From Terracidiphilus sp. (lineage in GTDB: Bacteria; Acidobacteriota; Terriglobia; Terriglobales; Acidobacteriaceae), in NCBI GenBank assembly GCA_035315085.1, contig DATFYK010000026.1:1538-65537 (forward strand): a stretch of DNA of 64,000 nt, in the 5' to 3' direction. Every line of letters begins with the position of its first letter. Position 1 is the stretch's first letter. The notes below the pieces were generated by a model. That model saw nothing but the letters and a program-made list of their open reading frames with translations, did no database searches and was not told where the DNA came from. Both the position numbers and the translations under genes were made by a program. Of this stretch, positions 1 through 9,266 are shown one piece after another.

Positions 1-2
1 TG

Positions 3-188
3 GGCTTTGTGTTGTGGAGCCTCCCCTCCGGACTGGCTCTCTACTGGGGCACCAGCAACATCATCAACCTGGCCCTGCAGATCGGCATCAATCAATCCCA
101 CATCGGCAAGGAGATGAACGCCATCGCCGCCAAACGCGCCGTGAAAAAGGCCGGCGTCAACCCGAAAACCATCCAGGGACGCAGATAA
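3..188 (+). CDS. yidC: Membrane protein insertase YidC, C-terminal fragment (5' truncated by window edge)
   Basis: Manual translation GFVLWSLPSGLALYWGTSNIINLALQ...KRAVKKAGVNPKTIQGRR*. The PSGLxLYW..SN motif plus a basic tail is typical of YidC/Oxa1. Not in the ORF track. Confidence 0.85.
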   Translation, partial: GFVLWSLPSGLALYWGTSNIINLALQIGINQSHIGKEMNAIAAKRAVKKAGVNPKTIQGRR

Positions 189-208
189 ACTGCTTTTCTG
201 CAAATGGG

Positions 209-245
209 AGCCCCGCTCAAGCCCAGCCTGAGCGGGGTTTTTCTT
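209..245 (+). terminator. Intrinsic terminator after yidC
   Basis: Stem AGCCCCGCTCA / TGAGCGGGGTT followed by a T-tract. Confidence 0.75.
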
Positions 246-310
246 GTACAGCGCGATCCACCGCGGAATGCCCCCACTCGCTGCATCCCGCCCCATTGGT
301 GTATTGTCCA

Positions 311-1042
311 ATGCGTATGGCATCCACTGCGAGCAGCGTTCCGCATCCCGCGCCCGAAGCAGAAGAGGTCTACCGCCGCTGGATACAGTTTCTCGATGAG
401 GAGTTCACCCGGCACCACTCCCCGGAGCTTCGCGCGGGGATAGTGCGCGACCAGCTTTATCAGCTCTACCTGGGACACCCGCACGGCGGCAAGCTCAACC
501 TGACCCTCACCTCCGAACTGCCCGGCAACGTCGTCAGCCTATCGCTGGACCCGGACAACGTGACCCTGGAGGCAGAGCACTTTGCCGACGCCGACCGCGA
601 GCGCTACAACGAGCGCAAACCGCTGCTCTGGTTCTGGCAGATGTTCGACCGCTCCCCGGTCGGCCTCAACCACTGGCTGGGCATCCGTTTCCGCTCGATG
701 TTGGGCCGCCACATCTTTGCCCACATGGGCGCAGGGGTCAAACTCTACCACGGCATCGACCTTACCTACGGCTACAACCTCACCATCGGAGACGGGGTCA
801 CCATCCGCCAGCACGCCCTTCTCAACGACCGCGGCGGCATCGCCATCGGCGACAACGCCGTCATCGGCTCCTTCGCCCGCATCTACTCCCACAGCCACTC
901 GCCGGAAAACTACGATCAGGTCACGCTCGCGCCCACCGTCATCGGCGCCAACGCCCGCATCGGCAGCCACGCCATCGTGCTGGCCGGCCAGCACGTCGGC
1001 GAAGGCGAAACCGTGGGCAGCTTCCCCGGCGACCGCATCTGA
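311..1042 (+). CDS. Hexapeptide-repeat (left-handed beta-helix) acyl/acetyltransferase
   Basis: C-terminal repeats LTIGDGVTI, IAIGDNAVIG, TVIGANARIG. Start moved from the ORF-track 14 (which overlaps yidC) to ATG 311/317. Confidence 0.8.
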   Translation: MRMASTASSVPHPAPEAEEVYRRWIQFLDEEFTRHHSPELRAGIVRDQLYQLYLGHPHGGKLNLTLTSELPGNVVSLSLDPDNVTLEAEHFADADRERYNERKPLLWFWQMFDRSPVGLNHWLGIRFRSMLGRHIFAHMGAGVKLYHGIDLTYGYNLTIGDGVTIRQHALLNDRGGIAIGDNAVIGSFARIYSHSHSPENYDQVTLAPTVIGANARIGSHAIVLAGQHVGEGETVGSFPGDRI

Positions 1043-1066
1043 GCGAAGGGGCGAACTCCGCCCTAC

Positions 1067-2269
1067 TCATTGCGCCGGATTCACTCCGCCATGCACCACA
1101 AACTTCTCTAGGTAGTCGTGCAATAGTTGCCGATGTTCCTTCCGGTACGCATCGTAGTCCTGCGCAATACCGTTGTCGGCCCCGTTGATGAGAATCCAGC
1201 AGTCCAACATTCCGGCATCGCTGAGTTCGACCAGATTGCGCAGGCTCTCGTCCAGCTTGTCCGGCTTGATCTTTCCTTCTTTTATGATTTCGGCCACCGC
1301 GCTTAGCGCCGTGTCCTCTTCCTTGAGCGAGTGCCGGTACTCCTTCTCGTTGGGAAACGCTTGCTTGAATCCATCGCCGCGAAAGGCAGCGCGCGCCATC
1401 GAGTAACCTAACCAAGCGTAGCCCCCAGGATGCTTCTTTTCGTCAGTTGCATCGGGGGCGATGTTGATGGTGATGTTGTTCGGCTTCTTGGCGTCCACAA
1501 CCGGTCCCGCAGGCCGGTCGATCTTGGGCGCCAGGATGACCGCCTTCTCAAGCTGCGCCCACTGCTGGATCCCTTGCCAGGCCAGTTTGTTATACGGCTC
1601 GGCCACGATGGCATCAATGAACTTTCCCTTGGCGGACAGCGGGTCGCCGCTATACTTCTTGATCGCGTCGCCCCAGTAGCGGTAGGCCGTCTCACGGTTC
1701 GGATCAATGGCAATGGCCTTCGCAAACCACTGGGCCGCAGTCTTCAGATCCTTCTGCTCGAAGGCAGTATCACCCGCATAGAGCGCGGCCTCGTAGAGCT
1801 TGGGATCAGCCTCCGCGGCGGCGCTATACTTAGCCATCGCGGTGGGGAAATCTCCCGCCGTGAAGGCCTTCTCGGCCTCGGCCATCAGAGCCATAGCCGG
1901 AGTGGTAGCGACGATATTGATCGGCTGGTTAGGATCAAAATTGGCCATCATCTTCACGTATTCGGCAGTCTCGCCCAGCTCGACAGCCCGCTTGGCTGCA
2001 TCGCGCATCCGGGCAGCCACCGCTCTTGATTCGGAGATATCACTCAGTTGAGCAGCCTGCGCAACCAGGCAGTCAGCCAAACGCTTGAAGTAAAGGCTCT
2101 GATCTGGATGAGCCTTGGCTAAATCTTCATAGAGAGGTAAAGCTTCAACCATTTTGTGTTCCTCGTAAAGCGCATTTGCCCGGGCCGCCTCATCGTCCTG
2201 GGCGAATCCCGCCATTGCCAGGCCAAAAACCGCTAGGCAAAGACACGTTCCCGCCTTCCATCCCCGCAT
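1067..2269 (-). CDS. Secreted tetratricopeptide-repeat protein
   Basis: Signal peptide ending AGFA-Q; TPR-like helices (AAQWFAKAIAIDPNRETAYRYWG). Confidence 0.8.
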   Translation of the reverse strand: MRGWKAGTCLCLAVFGLAMAGFAQDDEAARANALYEEHKMVEALPLYEDLAKAHPDQSLYFKRLADCLVAQAAQLSDISESRAVAARMRDAAKRAVELGETAEYVKMMANFDPNQPINIVATTPAMALMAEAEKAFTAGDFPTAMAKYSAAAEADPKLYEAALYAGDTAFEQKDLKTAAQWFAKAIAIDPNRETAYRYWGDAIKKYSGDPLSAKGKFIDAIVAEPYNKLAWQGIQQWAQLEKAVILAPKIDRPAGPVVDAKKPNNITINIAPDATDEKKHPGGYAWLGYSMARAAFRGDGFKQAFPNEKEYRHSLKEEDTALSAVAEIIKEGKIKPDKLDESLRNLVELSDAGMLDCWILINGADNGIAQDYDAYRKEHRQLLHDYLEKFVVHGGVNPAQ

Positions 2270-2410
2270 GACCGTACTCCTTTCTCACACTGTTTGTTCG
2301 GATCCTCTGACTCCTTAGACAGCACCAGCCAGCCGTTTTGTTCCCGGTTCGACTCAAATCCTCACGACCCTCCATGCTAACCTGAGTCTTCCAGGCCGTG
2401 GAGTATTCGT

Positions 2411-3124
2411 TTGCAATCTGGCGCCTTTGTCATTGCCGTCTTCGAGTTCGTTTTGCTGCTTTTTTCGCTCAGCGTGCATGAGTGCGCGCACGCCTGGATG
2501 GCCTCGCGCCTGGGCGACCAGACCGCCCGCCTGCAGGGGCGCATCACGCTCAACCCCATGTACCATGTGGACCCCATCGGGACGCTGCTGTTTCCCGCGC
2601 TGATCATCTTCGGCCCCTTTATCGGGCTCAATTTCTTTAGCGGCATGCTGGTGGGCTGGGCGAAACCCACCCCGGTCATTACGCGCAACTTTCGCAAGAT
2701 TGTGCGCGACGACAACCTGACCACTCTGGCCGGCCCGGTCTCTAATCTGCTCCTTGTCCTGGCTGCCTTTCTTGTGCTGGCCGTCATCTGCGTCGCCGTC
2801 CCCGATGGGCGCCTGCTCGTTCTCTCTGCTTTCCAGGGTGGCCTTGCCATGGGCGCGCCTACCGGCCTGGAGGCACTGGTTGTGCTCTGCACCCTGGCCA
2901 TTTTGATCAACCTCTCGCTCTGCTTTTTCAACCTCCTCCCCATTCCTCCGCTGGACGGCAGCCGCGTGGCGCGCAATATGCTGCCCTACAAAGCCGTGCA
3001 GGTCTACGACCGGATGAACATCTGGATCAGCTACCTGCTCATGATCTTCGTGGGCCGGTACATCCTGATGGCGCTGCTTGGTCCGGCGCTGGGCGTGGTC
3101 TACTGGGCCTTGATTCATATTTAG
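2411..3124 (+). CDS. Site-2 protease (peptidase M50)
   Basis: HECAH zinc motif, AGPVSN, FNLLPIPPLDG; multiple TM segments. Confidence 0.92.
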   Translation: MQSGAFVIAVFEFVLLLFSLSVHECAHAWMASRLGDQTARLQGRITLNPMYHVDPIGTLLFPALIIFGPFIGLNFFSGMLVGWAKPTPVITRNFRKIVRDDNLTTLAGPVSNLLLVLAAFLVLAVICVAVPDGRLLVLSAFQGGLAMGAPTGLEALVVLCTLAILINLSLCFFNLLPIPPLDGSRVARNMLPYKAVQVYDRMNIWISYLLMIFVGRYILMALLGPALGVVYWALIHI

Positions 3125-3195
3125 CTGGCAGGGATAAAAGCTCCAGAACCCGCTAGAATCAATCGAGACACTATTTTCCCGGAATCGAAAGCAAA

Positions 3196-4326
3196 ATGCC
3201 CGAACCCGTAATCTCATCGTCCCGTCCCCGCGTCCTGAGCGGCATGCGTCCCACCGGCAAGCTTCACCTGGGCAACTACATGGGCGCGCTGGCCAACTGG
3301 GTCAAGCTGCAAGACCAGTACGAGTGCTATTTCTTTATCGCAGACCTGCACGCGCTGACGACCGACTACGCGGACACCTCCAATATCGCGGCCAACACGC
3401 TGGAGGTGGCGTTGGACTTTCTGGCCGCCGGACTGGACCCGGCAAAGAGCGTGATCTTTTTGCAGAGCAAGGTCTTGCAGCACGCCGAGCTGAACCTGCT
3501 GCTGGGCATGATTACCCCGGTTGGCTGGCTGGAGCGCGTGCCCAGCTACAAGGAGATGCAGGAAAACCTCTCCAACAGGGACCTGACTACTTACGGGTTC
3601 CTGGGCTATCCGGTGTTGATGGCTTCGGACATTCTGCTCTACCAGCCGGATTTTGTTCCGGTTGGGCAGGATCAGCAGGCGCACGTGGAGCTGACCCGCG
3701 AGATTGCGCGGCGCTTCAATTTTCTCTATGGAACTCCGGGTACCCACTCCGTATTCCGTGGCGATTCTGGAGCGTCATTGGCATTTACGATGGTTACATG
3801 GGGTGGCGAAGGAGCCCAACCACCCCCCGAGAATCTGCGGGAGACAAAGGTAATCCTCCCCGAGCCCAAATCCTTGCTCACTCCCTCGCCCAAGCTGCCC
3901 GGAACCGACGGCCGCAAGATGTCCAAGAGTTACGGCAACACCATCCAGATGACCGACACGGAGCCGGTGGTGCGCCAGAAGCTGAAGACCATGGTGACCG
4001 ATCCGGCGCGCGTTCGCCGCACCGATGCTGGCGACCCCGACAAGTGCCCGGCAGGCGACCTGCACAAGGTTTTCTCGACGCCGGAAACGCTGGCCAAAGT
4101 CTATGAAGGCTGCCGCTCGGCCGGCATCGGCTGCATCGAATGCAAGGGCTGGGTGGCCGATGCCCTAGTGCAGGTGCTCGAGCCCATCCAGGCCCGCCGC
4201 GCCAGCTTTTCTGAATCTCAAGCAATCGAGATTCTTGAAGATGGCTCAAATCGCGCCCGCGCCCGCGCCGAAGAGACGATGCGGCAGGTGCGAGCCGCCA
4301 TGCAGATGGCCCAAACCAGCCGGTAA
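3196..4326 (+). CDS. trpS: Tryptophan--tRNA ligase
   Basis: SGMRPTGKLHLGNY (HIGH), ADLHALT, VPVGQDQ, KMSKS. Confidence 0.97.
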   Translation: MPEPVISSSRPRVLSGMRPTGKLHLGNYMGALANWVKLQDQYECYFFIADLHALTTDYADTSNIAANTLEVALDFLAAGLDPAKSVIFLQSKVLQHAELNLLLGMITPVGWLERVPSYKEMQENLSNRDLTTYGFLGYPVLMASDILLYQPDFVPVGQDQQAHVELTREIARRFNFLYGTPGTHSVFRGDSGASLAFTMVTWGGEGAQPPPENLRETKVILPEPKSLLTPSPKLPGTDGRKMSKSYGNTIQMTDTEPVVRQKLKTMVTDPARVRRTDAGDPDKCPAGDLHKVFSTPETLAKVYEGCRSAGIGCIECKGWVADALVQVLEPIQARRASFSESQAIEILEDGSNRARARAEETMRQVRAAMQMAQTSR

Positions 4327-4458
4327 ACAGAGTCTGGCGCCTACTGGAGAGGCGCGCGGTTGAAACGGGGCGCGGATGTTTCCATGCACGGCCCGGCAAA
4401 ATGAGCCCACCCGTGCCAGAAGATCGGCAGACCGAACGCGGCCCGAGCCGCCGGGGGA

Positions 4459-6138
4459 ATGCAAATGCTCGAAAAGACGGTCCCGTGGTGGCGAAAGGCC
4501 CTGATTTACGCATTGGGGGGAATTCGCTCAGGATTCGGCCTTTTCCCCCGGCCCGCGCAGCCCGTACCCTTGAATGAGGAGAGATTTCCGGAAGGGCTTG
4601 AACCATCTCCGGGAGTTGAAACAGCATTGACCGATCACACCGCCAATCCGGAAACCATCGCCGCCGAACCTGTCGCAGCGGCCGAATCCGCTCCTGCACC
4701 CATTGCCGAGTCTGACAATGCAATCGAATTGGTCTCAGTGGCAGCCGATGCACCGGTCGTCGAATCGGCCTCTACACCGGCCCCAGAAGACGCCGTTCCA
4801 CCTAATCCGGTCCCGGTCCGGGAGACCGCTCCTGAGCATGTGCCCACCCCAGAAGCTGCACCGCAGCAAGAGCCCGAGAAGGAACCCGCCGTCGAAGCTG
4901 TGACCATCGCCGAGCCCACTCCTGCCGCCGAACCGGTGCCCGAGGACGGGCCTGCTGCTGCCGTTGAACCGGTCGTTGAGTCTCCCGCCGCTGAACCGGT
5001 CATAGAGCCCATCGACCTGATTGACCCGAGCGCCGAGCAGAGAGCCGAGCAAGCGACCGTGGCCGAGCCCGCAACCGAGCCGGTGCCGCTCGCCGAAGCT
5101 GCGTCCGTGGCCGAGCCCGCACCTGCCGCCGAACCGGTGGTTGAGTCTCCTGCCGCTGAACTGGTCGTAGAGTCTCCCGCCGCGCCGAGCGCCGAGCAGG
5201 CAGCAGCCCCAGGCCAGGAGCCAGCCGCACCAGGTCAGGAGGCAGCCGCCCTGGCGGTGCTCATCTCCCAGCCTGCCCCAGAACAGATCTCCGATGAGAA
5301 GGCCGCCGCCAAACTCGCCGCCAGGCAAAAGATGCTGGACGAAGCCTCCGAACTCTCGCCCTTCTCGGTCTCCGTGGGCCAGGTCTATGACGGTCCCCTC
5401 GACCTGCTGCTCAACCTGATCCGCAGCCAGGACATCGACATCTACGACATTCCCATCGCCAAAATCACCGCCCAGTTCCTGGCCTATGTGAACCAGCTCA
5501 AGGCCAGCGACGTGGACGTGGCGGGCGAGTTCATCTATACCGCCTCGCTGCTCATCCACATCAAGAGCAAAATGCTGCTGCCGCGCGCGCCCGCCGGCCC
5601 AGGCGAAGCCCCCGAGGACCCCCGCCGCGAGCTGGTCGAGCGGCTGCTGGAGCACGAGCGCTTCAAGAACGCCGCCCAGATGCTGCAACAGAAACAAATG
5701 CTCGAGGCGGCCACATGGTCCAACCCCGGCTCGCGCGAGTTCGCTGACGATGACGCCCCCGAATCCGAAATCGCCCCCGAGATCGCAGCCGACACGCTCG
5801 ACCTGGTCCGCATCTTCCGCGACATCCTGGAGCGCGCCCGCAAGCGCCCCATCATCGACGTCAGCGAAGACTCGGTGACCGTGGGCCAGATGATCCAGTT
5901 CCTCGCCCGCCGCCTCACCCTGGAAGACAAGCCCGTGGCCCTCCGCCGCCTGCTCAGCCACACCCGCTCCGAGCGCGCGCTGGTGGCCATCTTCCTGGCC
6001 CTCCTCGAACTGGTCCGCCTCCAGGCCATCCTGCTTCGCCAGGACCGCGCCTTCTCCGAGATCTTCGTCAAGAAGCACACCGGCTTCGACGCCGTGATCA
6101 GCGGAGGTTTGATGAACGTCCGTGATGACTGGAAGTAG
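4459..6138 (+). CDS. scpA: Segregation and condensation protein A (kleisin) with a long Pro/Ala/Glu-rich N-terminal extension
   Basis: YDGPLDLLLNLIR, DIYDIPIAKIT, AGEF...LLIHIKSKMLLP, FLALLELVR. True start uncertain. Confidence 0.9.
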   Translation: MQMLEKTVPWWRKALIYALGGIRSGFGLFPRPAQPVPLNEERFPEGLEPSPGVETALTDHTANPETIAAEPVAAAESAPAPIAESDNAIELVSVAADAPVVESASTPAPEDAVPPNPVPVRETAPEHVPTPEAAPQQEPEKEPAVEAVTIAEPTPAAEPVPEDGPAAAVEPVVESPAAEPVIEPIDLIDPSAEQRAEQATVAEPATEPVPLAEAASVAEPAPAAEPVVESPAAELVVESPAAPSAEQAAAPGQEPAAPGQEAAALAVLISQPAPEQISDEKAAAKLAARQKMLDEASELSPFSVSVGQVYDGPLDLLLNLIRSQDIDIYDIPIAKITAQFLAYVNQLKASDVDVAGEFIYTASLLIHIKSKMLLPRAPAGPGEAPEDPRRELVERLLEHERFKNAAQMLQQKQMLEAATWSNPGSREFADDDAPESEIAPEIAADTLDLVRIFRDILERARKRPIIDVSEDSVTVGQMIQFLARRLTLEDKPVALRRLLSHTRSERALVAIFLALLELVRLQAILLRQDRAFSEIFVKKHTGFDAVISGGLMNVRDDWK

Positions 6139-6610
6139 GCAGATGGTTCAGCAGTTTCGGCGGCTGGTTGGGCAGAAACTGCGCGAAGAGAAATAATCAA
6201 ATAGAAGAAAAGGCGAAAAACCGGCAATGATTGCCATGGCCGCCTCTGGACGGAACTCCAACAGAAGGGCCAAGATAACCCCTAGTTAGCTGAATACTTT
6301 GGGGCTGGCGGATTCCTGATCCACTGACCCGCTCTCGCCGAGATTTCCACCGCTCGAACGCATACGCCTCTTACCCACCCCCTATCCGATGTAGAATTGT
6401 TACAGCCTGGTTACTTTCATATTGGTTTTCCAGGCAAACGACAGCGCGATCATGCGGTTGTTGGGGTTTTATGGACGCCTATTTATCCGGCTCTTCTCTC
6501 TCCTGCCACAGTTCATCTCCTTTGTATTTGCTTAGTACTTCCCTTGTCGCGTCTCGTCCATGGAGGCCCAGGCGCCACCGGAATCTTTCCGGCCGCTTTG
6601 GTGAAATCTG

Positions 6611-8230
6611 ATGGCCGGCCTGGCTACGGCGGTTGAAATCATGCCCGCGAGCGCTTCGGTCCTTGACCGCAAGATGAATAAAACATCCGCGTGGGTCAGC
6701 GCAGCGGTCGTCCTGTTGGCGCTTCTGGGCGGCCTCGCGTTCATTGGCTTCCACATCTCCCAGGACCTGGGGAACATCGCCCTGGGCAGCATCTGGCCTT
6801 TTCTGCTGCTCGCCCTGGCCTTGCTGATCGCACTCGGCTTCGAATTTGTCAACGGCTTCCACGACACCGCCAATGCCGTGGCCACGGTCATCTACACCCA
6901 CTCGTTGGAGCCTAACATCGCCGTGGTCTGGTCGGGGCTCTGCAACCTGGCCGGCGTGCTCTTCTCCTCCGGCACTGTGGCCTTCGCCATTATCACCCTG
7001 CTGCCGGTCGAACTGATTCTTCAGGTCAGTTCGGGCGCGGGCTACTCCATGATCTTCGCCCTGTTGATCGCGGCCATCGTCTGGAACCTGAGCACCTGGT
7101 GGTTCGGGCTGCCGGCCTCCAGTTCGCATACTATGGTCGGCTCCATCATCGGCGTGGGCATCGCCAACCAGTTGCTCAGCCTCCGCAGCGGCACCTCCGG
7201 CGTGGATTGGGAGCAGGCCATCAAGGTCTTCAAGGTTTTGCTGATCTCGCCGGTGATAGGTTTTTGCGCAGCGGCGCTGCTCATGCTGGTCTCCAAGCGG
7301 CTCATCAAGTATCCCTCCCTCTACGAAGCGCCCAAGGGCAAGCAGCCGCCGCCGTGGCCCATTCGCGCCCTTCTGCTGCTCACCTGCACCGGGGTCAGCT
7401 TTTCGCACGGCTCCAACGACGGACAAAAGGGCATGGGCCTGATCATGCTGATCCTCATCGGCACGGTACCCACTGCCTATGCGCTCAACCATGCCGTCAC
7501 CGCCAACGATATTCAGGACTTCATCGCCGCCTCCGAGCAGGCCGGACACATCCTGGACCGGCACGTGGACAAAGCCGGCATCCTGGGCTCCGACGCCCGC
7601 GCCGAGGTCACCGATTACATTCGCACCCAGCAGCTTCAGCCGGACACCATTCTGGCGCTCCGGGAACTGGTGGAGGACCTGAACCACGAAGTGGCTCTCT
7701 ACAAGGTCTTCAAGTCAGTCCCGGCGCAGGATCAGGCCAACGTCCGCAACGACATGTACGTGGCCAGCGAGGCGCTCCGGCTGATGGTCAAGAACCACAA
7801 CCCGGCTTTTACGGCCGCGGAAAACGCCGCCCTCACCAACTATAAGGACAAAGTAGACAAGGCCACCAAGTTCATCCCCAACTGGGTTAAAGTGGCCGTG
7901 GCCCTGGCGCTGGGCCTGGGGACCATGGTGGGCTGGAAGCGCATTGTGGTGACGGTGGGCGAACGGATCGGCAAGCAGCACCTTGCCTACGCGCAGGGCG
8001 CGAGCGCCGAACTGGTCGCCATGGCCACCATCTTCGCCGCCAACATCTGGGGTCTGCCGGTCTCCACTACGCATGTGCTCAGTTCGGGCGTGGCCGGCAC
8101 CATGGCCGCCAATAACAGCGGTCTGCACCTGTCGACCATTCGCAACATCGCCGCCGGCTGGGTCTTCACGCTGCCGGCCGCGGCGCTGCTCTCCGGCCTG
8201 CTCTTCTGGCTCTTCCGTTCCCTCTCCTGA
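6611..8230 (+). CDS. pitA: PiT-family inorganic phosphate transporter
   Basis: GFHDTANAVAT, GLPASSSH, HGSNDGQKGMG, GLPVSTTH signature motifs. Confidence 0.92.
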   Translation: MAGLATAVEIMPASASVLDRKMNKTSAWVSAAVVLLALLGGLAFIGFHISQDLGNIALGSIWPFLLLALALLIALGFEFVNGFHDTANAVATVIYTHSLEPNIAVVWSGLCNLAGVLFSSGTVAFAIITLLPVELILQVSSGAGYSMIFALLIAAIVWNLSTWWFGLPASSSHTMVGSIIGVGIANQLLSLRSGTSGVDWEQAIKVFKVLLISPVIGFCAAALLMLVSKRLIKYPSLYEAPKGKQPPPWPIRALLLLTCTGVSFSHGSNDGQKGMGLIMLILIGTVPTAYALNHAVTANDIQDFIAASEQAGHILDRHVDKAGILGSDARAEVTDYIRTQQLQPDTILALRELVEDLNHEVALYKVFKSVPAQDQANVRNDMYVASEALRLMVKNHNPAFTAAENAALTNYKDKVDKATKFIPNWVKVAVALALGLGTMVGWKRIVVTVGERIGKQHLAYAQGASAELVAMATIFAANIWGLPVSTTHVLSSGVAGTMAANNSGLHLSTIRNIAAGWVFTLPAAALLSGLLFWLFRSLS

Positions 8231-8376
8231 GCGGTTTGCGGCGGACTTTCCTGTCTGAACGGGCCTTCTGGTTGCAATAATTCGGACCAGGCGTGCGCAT
8301 GGTAAGGTATATTGGCTCGTAGCCGGGAGAGCTAACTGGAAATTCCTGACAAAAACTCAACGGCAAGGAGATCATC

Positions 8377-9030
8377 GTGGCAAACTTTTGCGCGAAATGC
8401 GGAGCTGCATTATCCGCCAACGAGCAATTCTGTACGTCCTGTGGCGCGGCAGCCGCCACCGGAGGCGCGGTTGCGGCGCCTTCTCAACCAACCGCCGCTC
8501 AACCAGCCGCCGCACCGGCCCAATCCGGCGGCAGCGCGGTCAAGATCATTCTGATTATCGTAGCCATCGTCGTGGGGCTGGGCATTCTCGGCCTGGGAGC
8601 CGTTGGATACACAGCTTGGCGCATCTCCCGGGCCGTCCATGTGAGCGGCCACGGCGACCAGGTGACGCTGCAAACAGCCGAAGGCAAGGTCAACCTCAAT
8701 GCGTCGGAGAACTACACCGCAGCCGAGCTGGGCACGGATCCCTATCCCGGCGCGCAGAGCACGCGCGGGGGCATGAAGATGGATTTGCCCGGCGGCTCGA
8801 TGGTCACGGGCGTATACCTAACTTCGGACTCGAAGCAGCAGGTAGTCGATTATTACAAGGGCAAGTTTGGCAGCACTGTCGCAGTCTTCGACACTGCCGA
8901 CGCGGCTATTCTGACTTTCCCCATAAGCAAGCAGGAATCCGTCATGGTGACGATTACCGCCAAGCCGTCAGAGAATGACGGCAAGACCAGGATCACCATC
9001 ACGCACACCAAGAGCAACAAGGCGTCTTAG
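8377..9030 (+). CDS. Zinc-ribbon single-pass membrane protein
   Basis: FCAKCG...FCTSCG, one TM helix, extracytoplasmic C-terminal domain; AAGGAG RBS before GTG. Confidence 0.82.
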   Translation: MANFCAKCGAALSANEQFCTSCGAAAATGGAVAAPSQPTAAQPAAAPAQSGGSAVKIILIIVAIVVGLGILGLGAVGYTAWRISRAVHVSGHGDQVTLQTAEGKVNLNASENYTAAELGTDPYPGAQSTRGGMKMDLPGGSMVTGVYLTSDSKQQVVDYYKGKFGSTVAVFDTADAAILTFPISKQESVMVTITAKPSENDGKTRITITHTKSNKAS

Positions 9031-9065
9031 AGCCTGTTAACACTACCTGGGCGGATGGCGTTCCA

Positions 9066-9100
9066 CCCCAGCGAGCAAAAATCGCTTGCCGGGGACCCCG
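9066..9100. repeat. REP-like palindrome, family A
   Basis: CCCCAGCGAGC-loop-GCTTGCCGGGG followed by ACCCCG; same architecture at 24406-24440. Confidence 0.6.
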
Positions 9101-9165
9101 CTTCCCTCCGGATCGAGTTTTTCAACAGCCTGTATAGGCGAAAGACTATAGATAGGTGGAGCTAT

Positions 9166-9211
9166 CCCACCTTAGGCGCAAAGACAAGAGCGCGCCGAAG
9201 GTGGGGCACCC
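9166..9211. repeat. REP-like palindrome, family B
   Basis: CCCACCTTAGGCGC / GCGCCGAAGGTGGG stem (13 of 14 pairs) followed by GCACCC, between convergent genes. Confidence 0.6.
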
Positions 9212-9266
9212 AACTTTGTGGGACGCCCGCTTCAGTGGGATACCCGCTTCTGTGGAACAACTGGCT

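Noticed and set aside
14-310. ORF-track N-terminal extension of the acetyltransferase
   Set aside because: Overlaps the yidC 3' end and its terminator
6150-6365. Two tiny minus-strand ORFs (MAIIAGFSP..., MRSSGGNLG...) in the scpA-pit gap
   Set aside because: No recognisable motif or codon bias; support is insufficient
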